Below, one piece after another: positions 50,694 through 60,524 of a DNA stretch of 63,148 nt. This stretch comes from an uncultured Eubacteriales bacterium (GTDB taxonomy: Bacteria; Acidobacteriota; Aminicenantia; Aminicenantales; Saccharicenantaceae), in contig CAZZCH010000007.1 in the NCBI GenBank assembly GCA_964652895.1, positions 1 to 63,148 of the forward strand, read 5' to 3'. The translations under genes and the position numbers were made by a program. The notes under the pieces were generated by a model, which had not been told where the DNA came from, did not search any database, and saw nothing but the letters and a program-made list of their open reading frames with translations. Each line of letters begins with the position of its first letter. Position 1 is the stretch's first letter.

Positions 50694-53621
50694 CTATTTC
50701 CCCTTGGCGTCGAGGTTCTTCCAGTTGAGCAACACATTGAAAATAAAGAAGTAAGAACCGTGAGTCTGGCTTCGCCAGGTCGGGTTGAAGCTGAACAGGA
50801 CCACGTGCCCCTGGCCCAACGTCACGTCGGCGAGGGCGGGTGAACCGGTCAGCTCCTCGCCGGCGGCGAGGCCGCCGCTGATCAGGAGGTCGTTGACGTT
50901 GCGGGCGAAGCTGAGGACGATCCTCGGCCGGGCGGCCGACGCCATCGCCATGCGCGGGCCTTCCTCGGCCGGCTGTTGGGGCGCGCCCTTCTGGGCCTTG
51001 CGAAACTCCTCGATCGACTTCTGGCCCAGGTCCTTGGCCCTCCCCTGCGGGATGTCGGGGTCGGTGGCCGTCCCGCGACCCGAGACCCGGCCGGACGGGA
51101 CGCCCATTCCGGGCATCTGACCCATGCCCCGACCGCCCATCCCGCCCATGGCGAAGACGGGGGACTGGCTGAAGTAGATGCCCAGCGTGTCGTCATAGCC
51201 GTAGACGAGGGGGCTCGTCTTGTCGCCGAGGTCGGCCCGGAAAACGCCGCCCCGGGCCCAGAGGTTCGGGGTGTCACGTATGGACAACCCCTGGGCCAGC
51301 CCGAATTGGATGGGGAGCGCAGAGCTGTTGCTCAGGGTGATGAAGACACCGCCGTCCCTGATGAAATCGCGCAGGTGGAGGATGCCGTCGAGCTCGATGC
51401 CGCCGCGCATGTCGTCCGTCGAGTCTTCGGAGCCGAGGTTCGGGGTGAGGTCGGTCTTTTTCCAAGGCATGGGCTTATCGCCGCTGACGCCGCTGAGGAT
51501 GCTCAGCGCATTGGGCGACGATGGGCCGAAGATGATGACGTCGTATTTCTCGCGGAGCTTGGGATTGTCCCGGACCGCGTGGACGGAGACGTAATCATAG
51601 GGGATGCCGTACTCGTCGAGGGCGATCCTCAGCCAGCCCTCGGTCTGCGTGCTCTGCCACGTGTGCATGAGCGCGACGCGCGGGGCGAGCACATCGTGCG
51701 TCGGAACGGCCGGGACGGCCGGGACGGCGGGGACGGCGAAGACCGCGAAGCCGTACTCTTTCCCTGCCGCATCGAGCGTCGCTTCGATGTTCCCGCCGTT
51801 ATCGGCCGGCTTGAGGATGAACGTCCCGGCCCTGAACTTTTTGCCCTGGGATTCGAACTCCTTCTCGGCAGCCTGGATCTTCAGATCCTTATTCTTGAAG
51901 CGGAAGGTGGCCAGGACGTTGTCGGCGTTATGGTTGATGAGATAGGCCTGGACCGCGCCTTTCCCCAGGCGCGAGAGCCCGCCGGGTGAGGCGACCTCGC
52001 CCTTGACGAGCGTCATCGGCGCGTCGAGGACGGCGAGGTCGTCGACGCGGACGGTCTTGACGTTGTAGAGCGGACCGAGCGTCCAGCCGACGTCATCGTA
52101 GGGCCGCGGGTCGTTGACGTTGAAATACTGCTTATCGAGCATCATGTCGGCCATCCGCGAATAGGGCTGGTCCATGCGGACGACGTAGCTGCCGGCCGGG
52201 AATTCGGCGTCCTTGACCTTGAAGGACTTGTCCGCCTTGTGGACCTCGACGCCCTGGGCCTGGAGCCCGCGGAGCAGCCGGGCCGCCTGGCCGGGGCGCG
52301 GGTCGTCGCCGGGAAAGACGTAGGCCGCGGGGCCTTCGTTCCGGGCTTTGGCCACGGAGCGCTTGCTCTTGAGGTAGAAGTTCTCCAGGAACTTGTCCTT
52401 GAGCGAGGCGACGTGGTTCATGCCGACGAGGATGGCGCTCTGCTGAAGGTTGACGTTGTCGCGGATCGACCAGAGAAGCGAGCGCAGCGGCGGGTTGGGC
52501 CGGTACCAGTCCCGGTCGCCGGCTGCCGAGATGATACGGGTCGAGCCGTCGCCCGCGCCTTGCGTCTCGTAGAACCGGCCGATGGAGTTGTGTCCGTTGG
52601 CCGCGTAGAAGGCGTAGTTGGGAGCCCAGCCGTCGTAGAAGCCGTGGGTCCAGACGCCCGGAACGCCCATCTTCGTCATCTCGTCGACCTCACGATAGGC
52701 TAGAAGATTCCATTCGTCGACGACGATCGGGTCGAGCCAGGCGTTGTAGGGGCCGGTTCCGGTCGAAATGTAGAGATGGGAAACGGACTCGTGGAGGTCG
52801 TGCATGACGATGGGGTGGTAGTCGAGGAAGACCTTCATGATGTATCGGCTCAAAGCCAAGGCCAAGCCGAGGTTGTCGCGGTTATTGTCGTGAGAAACGT
52901 ATTTCCCCCACCACAAGAGCCGGTTGGGGACGTTGGACTTGGGGTCCTTGCGTTTGGCCATCGACACGTCGACCTGTTTGTCACGGCCGTCGACCTCGAG
53001 GATAGGCGTGATGAGGATGATGCTGTTCTCGCGGATCGTCTTGATGAAGGGGGACTCGTCGACGGCGACGCGGTAGGCGAGCTCCATGAGCATCTCGACG
53101 GAGCCCGTCTCGCTCGAGTGCATACCGCCCGTGGCCCAATACATCGGTTTGGCCTGTTTCATCAGGCTCTCGGCTTCGGCGTCGCTGAGGCCGCGCGGAT
53201 CGGCCAACCTGGCGTTGATGGCCTTGTACTTGTCGAGATTCTTGATCGTTTCCTCATCGGCCACGGCGACGAGTATCCAGTCGCGGCCCTCCTCGGTCTT
53301 GCCGATGTCGAAGACTTTGACCCGGGGAGTGGCGGCGGCCAAGGCCCGCATGTACTTGTAAACATCGGCCGAGTAGCTCAGGACGTCTTTGGCCCCGGCG
53401 ATGTGGCCGAGGACCTCGAGAGGGGTCGGGATGCCCTCGGCATAAGGCAGGTAGTTGACGTACTTCGTGGTAAAGCAGGGGTCGGTCGTGAACTCGAGGA
53501 TCTTCTTGGTGTATTCCTCGTGGTTCTTTTGCTGGGCCAGGACCGGAAAAACGGTCAGCCCCAGGACGAGGACCAACACGGTGATCGGAACAGATACCTT
53601 TCTCAAAATATCACGGCTCAT
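50694..53621 (-). CDS. Large secreted M14-family zinc peptidase with C-terminal GATase-like domain
   Basis: GMHSSE, HDNNRD, HDLHE motifs. Confidence 0.85.
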   Translation of the reverse strand: MSRDILRKVSVPITVLVLVLGLTVFPVLAQQKNHEEYTKKILEFTTDPCFTTKYVNYLPYAEGIPTPLEVLGHIAGAKDVLSYSADVYKYMRALAAATPRVKVFDIGKTEEGRDWILVAVADEETIKNLDKYKAINARLADPRGLSDAEAESLMKQAKPMYWATGGMHSSETGSVEMLMELAYRVAVDESPFIKTIRENSIILITPILEVDGRDKQVDVSMAKRKDPKSNVPNRLLWWGKYVSHDNNRDNLGLALALSRYIMKVFLDYHPIVMHDLHESVSHLYISTGTGPYNAWLDPIVVDEWNLLAYREVDEMTKMGVPGVWTHGFYDGWAPNYAFYAANGHNSIGRFYETQGAGDGSTRIISAAGDRDWYRPNPPLRSLLWSIRDNVNLQQSAILVGMNHVASLKDKFLENFYLKSKRSVAKARNEGPAAYVFPGDDPRPGQAARLLRGLQAQGVEVHKADKSFKVKDAEFPAGSYVVRMDQPYSRMADMMLDKQYFNVNDPRPYDDVGWTLGPLYNVKTVRVDDLAVLDAPMTLVKGEVASPGGLSRLGKGAVQAYLINHNADNVLATFRFKNKDLKIQAAEKEFESQGKKFRAGTFILKPADNGGNIEATLDAAGKEYGFAVFAVPAVPAVPAVPTHDVLAPRVALMHTWQSTQTEGWLRIALDEYGIPYDYVSVHAVRDNPKLREKYDVIIFGPSSPNALSILSGVSGDKPMPWKKTDLTPNLGSEDSTDDMRGGIELDGILHLRDFIRDGGVFITLSNSSALPIQFGLAQGLSIRDTPNLWARGGVFRADLGDKTSPLVYGYDDTLGIYFSQSPVFAMGGMGGRGMGQMPGMGVPSGRVSGRGTATDPDIPQGRAKDLGQKSIEEFRKAQKGAPQQPAEEGPRMAMASAARPRIVLSFARNVNDLLISGGLAAGEELTGSPALADVTLGQGHVVLFSFNPTWRSQTHGSYFFIFNVLLNWKNLDAKGK

Positions 53622-53710
53622 GACTTTCCTCCTTCCGGAAAACACGGTGATGACTGGCAACATACTCAATTTCCCCCCGGGGGTCAAGATTCAGTATCTA
53701 GTTCATATTA

Positions 53711-56146
53711 TTAGCGTTGCTGCTGTCCGACCCCAATCCGAACCCCGACCTGATAAAGAGAAACGCTGATAGGCGGCACCAGGAGCTTCTTGCCGAACGG
53801 GGCGGCCGCAATTTCCTGGACCGCGACACCCGGCGGCCGGCCCGGCCCCGGCACGTTGCAGGCCCTGGGATCGTCGCCGGCGACGAGATAGAGCTTGGCC
53901 GTCTCGGCGAGCTTCAGCTTCCCGAGATCGAGCCTGAGGGTCTGGGTCGTCTTGGTCGGGTTGACGATCGACAGGATCAAGACGCTTTTCGTTTCGTCCT
54001 TCCAGCAGGCCATGATGTCGAGCGGCTCGGGCGCACCGGTGACCTCGACCGGGATCGTCCCGAACCGTTTCCGGTAGAGCGCCAGGATGACGCCCGTCGA
54101 GTCGAGCACGGCCGCCGTCTTCGAGGTCTTGATGGCCCCGATGACGTTGACCGTCTGGGCGTAATTGGCCATGAAGTAGACATCGCTCTGGCGGGCGTAT
54201 TCGTTGAGCCCGGCGGCGACGCCGAGGGCGTCTTCCAGGAAATACTGAGTGCCGAGCTCACCGTAAAGGTGCGGTCCGTACCAGTAGTTCCACTCGTCGA
54301 GGGCGACGGGGACTTCCTTCATCTTGAGCGTCGGGATCATCTGCCGGTATTTCCGGTGGGCTTCGGCGATCCGGCGGATCTCCGTCGGCATCTGATTGAC
54401 GTGGCTGAGGAGCCCGGCCTTGTGCCCGACGTAGAAGTGCTCGCTGATGAGGTCCATGTGGTTCGAGGCCTCGGCCAGCATGGTTTCGCTCCAGCGGCCG
54501 ACGGCGCCCACGGCGACGACTTGGACGGATGGGTCCATGGCCTTCATGGCCACGGCGTACTGGGTATGCTTCTTGACGTAGTCGGAGAGGGGGATGTGGC
54601 CGAGCTGCCAATTGCCGTACATCTCGTTGCCGATGGCCCAGAATTTGACGCCCCAGGGTTCGGGGTGACCGTTCGCGGCCCGGAGCCGGCCCATCTTCGA
54701 ATCGGGCGCGCCGTTGACGTATTGGAGCTCATCGAGGGCCATGACGACGTCGCCCAGCCCGCTGTTGACGGTGATATAGGCCTCGGCACCGATGAGCCGC
54801 ATCAGGTCGAGGTACTCATGGACGCCGACGTCGTTGTGCTCGACGCCGGTCCAGGCCGGGTTCTTGCGCGGCGGCCGCCTGTCCCGGTCGCCGATGCCGT
54901 CGCGCCAGTCGTAGCCGCTGACGAAGTTGCCGCCGGGCCAGCGGTAGACGGGCGAGTCGAGCTCCTTGAGCAGGGCCAGGACCGAGGGCCGGAAGCCTTC
55001 GATGTTGTCGGCCGGCATGATCGAGGCCGTCCCGACCTTGAACCAGCCGCGGCCCGAGGAAGCGATCTCCAGGCGGGCGTTCTCCGTCGACGCCCCGGCC
55101 TTGAAAGCGAACGGGAACGTCTTGTAGTCGCGGCCGATCCCTTTGACGGCGATGGTCTGGCGGGCGTCGGGAGCGGCGCCCCAAACAAGGCTGACGTTGA
55201 CGGGCGCCGCTCCGGGGTCGCCGGCAAGGACCACGCGACCGACGTATTCTTTGCCTTCGACGAGCGCCAGCGCTTCCTGGACGATCCCGCCCGGGCCTTT
55301 CCCGGCGAGGGTCACGCGCGGCGTGTGGGCGCCCGTGAAGGGCTTGACCTTGTCCATCTTGACGAGGACGGCGCCGCCGATGGCCTTCCATGGCGACTCG
55401 CCTTCGCCCACGGCGTTGAAGAATTTCCTGTCCTCCAGCATCTCGGCCCAGATGCCCTGATAAATGCATCGACCCAGGTGCTCGATGAACTGGCCGTAGA
55501 TATATTGGGATAGGGGTTTCCCGGTTTTCCCGGTATTGATAGAGACCTTGGGCCGGCCCAACTCCTTGCCCGAGAGGCGGACGAGTTCCACGTCGTCAAA
55601 CCAGGCTTTCCCCGTCGCCCGGCCCCAGCCGCCGAAGAGGCATGTCACTTCGAGGGCGTCGTTCGGGCCGGCGTCGAATGCGACTTCGACCTTGGTCCAA
55701 TCCTGGGTCCCGGTGATCGCCGCCGTCCGCCATTCTTCTTCACCATTGATGTTGATCTGGGCCCCGCGGCTCGTACCCCGGACAAGGTCCTGGGTTTTGA
55801 TCCAGCCGCTCAGTTTATAGCGGGAATAGGGCTTGACCGGGACGACGGCGAGCCAAGAGGCGTCGGCGCCCTTCTCCGACGAGATCATGACGCTCCGGCC
55901 CCCGCTATGTCCGGAGGGGTCAACGGCGAACGCCGCCCCGCCCCTCTGCCAGCTCCTCGACCGCCAGCCCGCGGGATTGTCGCCGTCCATCTCTTCGAAA
56001 GAGCCGTTGGCGACGAACTGGGTCACCCCGGCCAGCTCGTCCCCGGGTTGGGGTCCGCCGGTCCGGCACGATATGAACGAAAAAGCGAGTCCGCAGGCGA
56101 TGATGCAGGCCAGCAGGGCAGCCGAATATTCGCGGGGTGTGTTCAT
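53711..56146 (-). CDS. GH51 alpha-L-arabinofuranosidase with CBM4/9-like modules (lipoprotein)
   Basis: YGQFIEHLG, RWPGGNF, IGNE, LDEWN, AQTVNV. Confidence 0.92.
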   Translation of the reverse strand: MNTPREYSAALLACIIACGLAFSFISCRTGGPQPGDELAGVTQFVANGSFEEMDGDNPAGWRSRSWQRGGAAFAVDPSGHSGGRSVMISSEKGADASWLAVVPVKPYSRYKLSGWIKTQDLVRGTSRGAQININGEEEWRTAAITGTQDWTKVEVAFDAGPNDALEVTCLFGGWGRATGKAWFDDVELVRLSGKELGRPKVSINTGKTGKPLSQYIYGQFIEHLGRCIYQGIWAEMLEDRKFFNAVGEGESPWKAIGGAVLVKMDKVKPFTGAHTPRVTLAGKGPGGIVQEALALVEGKEYVGRVVLAGDPGAAPVNVSLVWGAAPDARQTIAVKGIGRDYKTFPFAFKAGASTENARLEIASSGRGWFKVGTASIMPADNIEGFRPSVLALLKELDSPVYRWPGGNFVSGYDWRDGIGDRDRRPPRKNPAWTGVEHNDVGVHEYLDLMRLIGAEAYITVNSGLGDVVMALDELQYVNGAPDSKMGRLRAANGHPEPWGVKFWAIGNEMYGNWQLGHIPLSDYVKKHTQYAVAMKAMDPSVQVVAVGAVGRWSETMLAEASNHMDLISEHFYVGHKAGLLSHVNQMPTEIRRIAEAHRKYRQMIPTLKMKEVPVALDEWNYWYGPHLYGELGTQYFLEDALGVAAGLNEYARQSDVYFMANYAQTVNVIGAIKTSKTAAVLDSTGVILALYRKRFGTIPVEVTGAPEPLDIMACWKDETKSVLILSIVNPTKTTQTLRLDLGKLKLAETAKLYLVAGDDPRACNVPGPGRPPGVAVQEIAAAPFGKKLLVPPISVSLYQVGVRIGVGQQQR

Positions 56147-56272
56147 GGGTCCTCCTTCCCGGTCCGTGCGACGAGGGGGAATGTACCTCGGCTCCGGCCC
56201 CCTGTCAACGCAGCCCGACACCACCTGCTCTTTTCTTTGGTTCTTCTCTCGATTTCGTGGACGGCGATAGAA

Positions 56273-56398
56273 AGCTCACGATGGATATCACCCTGAAGAC
56301 CCCCGTAGCGGAGGGGGACCCGTCGCAATGCGACGGGGGAACCGCCGGGACAGGTTCCCGGGGGGCCGGGGGGCTAAGGGCGATATCCATCGCGAGCT
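56273..56398. repeat. Structured repeat, copy 1 (REP/MITE-like or ncRNA)
   Basis: Terminal inverted repeat plus internal hairpins; direct homologue at 57681..57794. Confidence 0.85.
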
Positions 56399-56496
56399 CA
56401 CCACCTGCCGGCTTACTAAATCGGGAGAAGAACCCGCTTTTCATCTTGACACCAGGCCTAGGTCAGAGTATCCCTTGTGCCTGGATCGTGAAAGCC

Positions 56497-57108
56497 ATGC
56501 TCACGCAAGATCGTAAGTTCTTGTTCTTCGACTGCGAAACGACGGGACTGCCTCGCAGCCGCTATTTTTCGCCCGACGACGTCGACGGCTGGCCCCGTCT
56601 CGTCCAGATCGCCTGGGCACATTACGACCTCCGGGGAAATTCCAAAGACGCCAAAAGCCATATCGTCAGGCCGGACGGATTCATGATCCCGGCCGATGCA
56701 ACGAGGATCCACGGCATCACCCACGCGCGCGCCCTTCGGGTGGGCAGGGACTTGGGGGAGGTCCTGGACGAATTCCTCGAGGCGGTCGAACAGCCGGGGA
56801 CGACACTCGTCGCTCACAACCTCGATTATGATCGCGGGGTGCTCGGGGGCGAGCTCGTCCGGCAGAGGAAGTCCCTTCGGTTCCTGGAGATCCCGGGGAT
56901 CTGCACGATGAAGTCGACGACGGAACTATGCCGCTTGCCCCGGCCGGGCGGATTCGGTCTCAAGTGGCCGGCCCTCGAGGAGCTACACATCTTCGTGTTC
57001 GGCCACTCCTACGAGGGGGCCCACGACGCCGCGAGCGACCTCGAGGCCTGCGCCCGCTCGTTCTTCAAGCTCCTTCAGGCCGGGCATTATCCCCTGCCCG
57101 GGGAGTGA
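56497..57108 (+). CDS. DEDDh 3'-5' exonuclease (DnaQ-like)
   Basis: FDCETTG, VAHNLDYD, AHDAASD. Confidence 0.92.
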   Translation: MLTQDRKFLFFDCETTGLPRSRYFSPDDVDGWPRLVQIAWAHYDLRGNSKDAKSHIVRPDGFMIPADATRIHGITHARALRVGRDLGEVLDEFLEAVEQPGTTLVAHNLDYDRGVLGGELVRQRKSLRFLEIPGICTMKSTTELCRLPRPGGFGLKWPALEELHIFVFGHSYEGAHDAASDLEACARSFFKLLQAGHYPLPGE

Positions 57109-57156
57109 GGCCTGAGCTGCTCGCGCTCCGCGTAAATCGACGTCCGTATCCAACGA

Positions 57157-57450
57157 TCACAGGCGGCTTGGAGGATGGGAGGGATTGTTGCTTGTGATGC
57201 CTTTGTCGCCCAACTCCTCCCGAATGATCCGCCGCAAATACTTCTCCAGGACCTCTCCTCCTCGTCGGACATGTTCTTTGAGCACGTCGTTGATCATGCC
57301 TTGATAGCTGCCGCCGCCTCTCGCTTCAACTTGCGAGCGGAACCATTCGAGGACCTCATTGTCCAGGCGGATGGTGATCCTCGTCTTGCCCGCGGGGATC
57401 GCGACCACGGCTCCCCTTCTTCCCAGGCTGAAATCATAGGTTTTACTCAT
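57157..57450 (-). CDS. BrnA-family (RHH) antitoxin, orphan
   Basis: YDFS.G.RG, KTRITIRLD..VLEWFR, YQGMINDVL. Confidence 0.85.
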   Translation of the reverse strand: MSKTYDFSLGRRGAVVAIPAGKTRITIRLDNEVLEWFRSQVEARGGGSYQGMINDVLKEHVRRGGEVLEKYLRRIIREELGDKGITSNNPSHPPSRL

Positions 57451-57463
57451 GTCTTCTTCCCGT

Positions 57464-57492
57464 GTTATATGCACATTTGTATATCTTGTCAA
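57464..57492 (-). promoter_or_regulatory. Sigma70 promoter with overlapping palindromic operator
   Basis: TTGACA-17-TATAAC; ATATGCA-CATT-TGTATAT inverted repeat overlapping the spacer and -10. Confidence 0.8.
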
Positions 57493-57680
57493 GCTGCAAA
57501 CGTCCGTCTTCATCTGGCGATCCCTTTATTGAACCAACCGATCACATTCCGAAGGAGCGTCTCATCAAACGAAGACGCTCCATGAGCTTGATCACGCTCA
57601 TGTCGACGCTGTCTAACGAGTTCTGGGAGAGGGGTCTTTTGATGTTTTGCCCCCTATATCGAGGAAGTCCATCATGAGGC

Positions 57681-57794
57681 GGCGATGGATATCGCCCTGA
57701 CGACCCCCGTAGCGGAGGAGGACCCGCCGAAGGCGGGGGAACCGCCGGGACTGGTTCCCGGGGGGCCGGGGGGCTAAGGGCGATATCCTTCGCC
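57681..57794. repeat. Structured repeat, copy 2
   Basis: GGCGATGGATATCGCCCT...AGGGCGATATCCTTCGCC; same internal layout as copy 1. Confidence 0.85.
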
Positions 57795-57836
57795 AAGCCG
57801 AATAGAGGACTTCCACGAAATCGTGAGGCGGACCCT

Positions 57837-60281
57837 CTACTTGACCTTCCACTCGTGGACGCCGGCCGACCAGTCCTTCTGCAGCTGGACCTCGAGGCGC
57901 AGTGCCGTCGTCCGGACCGGCGCGAATTTCACCGTGTTCCAGGCGTCCTTAGCTACACCATAAGCGCCGGCGGCCTTGACCGGCAGCCAGTCTTCGCCCG
58001 CCTTGTAGAGGATCCGCCAGGAAGCCGGCACGCGGCACCCGCCGCTACCCGTGTCGTCGAACCAGTAAACGGAGGATTCGGACACGCGCACGGGCGCGTC
58101 GAACGTGTAGTCGATCCACTCCGAGGTCCCCTTCTTCGGCCACCAGTGCATGTAGCTCGCGGCGTCGTCCGAGCCTTCGGGCTCGAACTGGTCGTTCGCG
58201 CGCCGCAAATTGACAGCCCGTTCGGACGCCGTGACCGTGGCCTTGGCCGAGAGCCCTGGCTCCCGGGCGACCCGCGCTTTGGCGGGATCGCGGGCGAGCC
58301 ACACGGTCATCTCGCCCTTGCCCCGGTTGGCCCAGGCATAATACGGGATGAGCGTGACGGACTTCTTCTCGGAAATGACCTTCCCGGCCTTCTCGCTCAA
58401 CGCCTCGGCCTCGCCTTTGATGACGACGACGCCGTTGAGGAGGTCGGGCCGCGCCTCGGTCGTGAGCACGGTACCGTCGGCCAGGACCAGGTTCGAGACG
58501 CGGCCGCCGTTGTCCGGCCCTTCGGCGCAATAGACGAGCGGCCCGCGCTCGACGGCGACGCGGCCGCGGTCTTCCTCGACGGCCTCGTTCGCGGCGACTC
58601 GCCGGACGGGCATGGGCAGGCTGAGCTCGACGAAGTCCCCGGCCTTCCACGTCCGGCTGACGAGGGCATATCCTTTTTCGACCTTGAATTCGACGGGTTC
58701 GCTGTTGAGCTTGAGCGCCGGCGCGCCCGCCGCCTCTTCCGTGTAGGCGTAAAGGTCCGAAGGCACGGGCCGGTTCATGGCCCAGCCGGGGACGCGGACG
58801 CAGAGCGTGAAGTCGGCCTCGCGCGCAGGCTTGACCTCGATCCGGACGTCGCCTTTCCAGGGGTATTCGGTCGTCTGGACGATCTCGAGGTCCGTCCCGC
58901 CGGCCTTGAGCTTTCCGGTCCCCTGGGCGAAGAGGTTGACATAGACCTTGTCGTTCGAGGCCGTGTAGAAATACCCGGGGACGGAGGTCAGGATGCGAGC
59001 CACGTTCGGCGGGCAGCAGGCGCAGCTGAACCAAGGCACCCGTTCGTGCTGGCCGTAGGACGTCAGCGGATTGGGGTAGAAGAACCTGTCGCCGGAGAGC
59101 GAGATGCCGGAGAGGACGCCGTTATAGAGGATGCGCTCCATGACGTCGGCGTATTTCCCGTCGAGCTCCAGGCGGAGCATCCGGGAGTTCCAGAGGAAGG
59201 TGGCGATGTTGGCGCAGGTCTCGGCGTATGCGCTGGCGTTGGGGAGCCGGTAGGCCGGGCCGTAGCCTTCCCAGCCGCCGGCCGCGCCGATGCCGCCGGT
59301 GATATAGAGTTTCGTCCCGACGACGTCGGCCCAGATCTTGTCGAGGGCCGCGACGTAGGCCTGGTTCCCGGTCAGGGCGGCGACGTCGGCCGCGCCGGCG
59401 TAGAGGTACCCGGCCCGGACGGCGTGCCCGACGGCCGTCGTCTGTTCGACGAAGGGCTTGTCGTCCTGGGCATATTCGCCGTAGAGCAGCTGCTCGCGGC
59501 CCTCGCGGCCGTAGGGGATGCGCCCCTCGCTCTTGCCCCGGGCGTCGATGAAGAAATTGGCCAGTTCGAGGTACTTCGTTTTGCCGGTGGCGCGATAGAG
59601 TTTGACCAGCCCGATCTCGATCTCTTCGTGGCCCGGAGGGTTGGTCCGCTTGCCGGGCCCGAACTCCTTGGCGACGAGGTCGGCGCTCTTGAGGGCGACG
59701 GCCAGGAGGTTTTTCATGCCCGTAGCCTGGTAGTGCGCAACGGCCGCCTCATAGAGATGGCCGAGGTTGTAGAGCTCGTGGCTCATATAGAGGTTCGCCC
59801 AGCGTTCCTTGCCCAGCCAGTTCTGCGGTGGCGGGCCGCCGATCGTCCGGGACGTGTAGAGGTATCCGTCGGGCTCCTGGGCCGCGGCGATCTTGGCCAC
59901 GAGCCCATCGACGTATTTATCGAGCTCGGGGTCGGCGTGCGTCGCCAGCGCGTAGGAGGCGGCCTCGATGATCTTGTAGAGGTCGGAATCGTCGAACGGA
60001 TAGCGGCTGCAGAACTTGCCGTCCGTGGCCCCGCCGAGCGCGGCCTCGGCCAGGACGAAGTTCTTGACCCGGCCCGTCTCCTCGCTCTGTTTGAAGATGT
60101 GCGGGATGGTCACGGTCCGGTTCGTTTCGAGGCGCGGCGCCCAGAACGCATCCGTGAGATGGACGTCGGTAAAGGGCACGGGTGCGGCCGGGTAGTCGGC
60201 CTTGGGCGCCGTCGAACAGACCGCGGCGCTCAAAGCCAGAACGATTAGAATGAATAAGTTAATAACAATAGTTTTCCTCAT
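57837..60281 (-). CDS. GH127 beta-L-arabinofuranosidase with C-terminal F5/8-type module
   Basis: HELYNLGH, GHEEIE, GHAVRA, YAETCA, CACCPPN. Confidence 0.92.
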   Translation of the reverse strand: MRKTIVINLFILIVLALSAAVCSTAPKADYPAAPVPFTDVHLTDAFWAPRLETNRTVTIPHIFKQSEETGRVKNFVLAEAALGGATDGKFCSRYPFDDSDLYKIIEAASYALATHADPELDKYVDGLVAKIAAAQEPDGYLYTSRTIGGPPPQNWLGKERWANLYMSHELYNLGHLYEAAVAHYQATGMKNLLAVALKSADLVAKEFGPGKRTNPPGHEEIEIGLVKLYRATGKTKYLELANFFIDARGKSEGRIPYGREGREQLLYGEYAQDDKPFVEQTTAVGHAVRAGYLYAGAADVAALTGNQAYVAALDKIWADVVGTKLYITGGIGAAGGWEGYGPAYRLPNASAYAETCANIATFLWNSRMLRLELDGKYADVMERILYNGVLSGISLSGDRFFYPNPLTSYGQHERVPWFSCACCPPNVARILTSVPGYFYTASNDKVYVNLFAQGTGKLKAGGTDLEIVQTTEYPWKGDVRIEVKPAREADFTLCVRVPGWAMNRPVPSDLYAYTEEAAGAPALKLNSEPVEFKVEKGYALVSRTWKAGDFVELSLPMPVRRVAANEAVEEDRGRVAVERGPLVYCAEGPDNGGRVSNLVLADGTVLTTEARPDLLNGVVVIKGEAEALSEKAGKVISEKKSVTLIPYYAWANRGKGEMTVWLARDPAKARVAREPGLSAKATVTASERAVNLRRANDQFEPEGSDDAASYMHWWPKKGTSEWIDYTFDAPVRVSESSVYWFDDTGSGGCRVPASWRILYKAGEDWLPVKAAGAYGVAKDAWNTVKFAPVRTTALRLEVQLQKDWSAGVHEWKVK

Positions 60282-60491
60282 GGCCTGAACTCCTTTAGCA
60301 GAACTGTATCTCCGGCCGGGCGGCGCTGTCAATAACCACGAAAACCGCGCCCGCGGCATGTCCTGACAAGAAATCCATCGGCTGTGATTAAGAGACGATA
60401 GACTCCCGCTCCCCCCTGACCACAAATGGCCTTACAGGGACAAAGAGCGCAGTCCAAAGCTTAGAATTTCTCTTGTATGTGTTCTCTTTAT

Positions 60492-60509
60492 TGAGTACAA
60501 TTGTACTCA
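60492..60509. promoter_or_regulatory. Perfect 18-bp palindromic operator
   Basis: TGAGTACAATTGTACTCA just upstream of the GGAGG RBS of the wHTH-MNT gene. Confidence 0.75.
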
Positions 60510-60524
60510 GATTGGAGGACAATC

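Noticed and set aside
51706-51738. GGGACGGC(C/G) short tandem repeat
   Set aside because: In-frame PAV linker repeat within the peptidase; not CRISPR or regulatory
56293-56345. CTGAnGA in both structured repeats, suggesting a hammerhead ribozyme
   Set aside because: No correctly placed GAAA or UH cleavage site, and stem II would start with C-G; not supported
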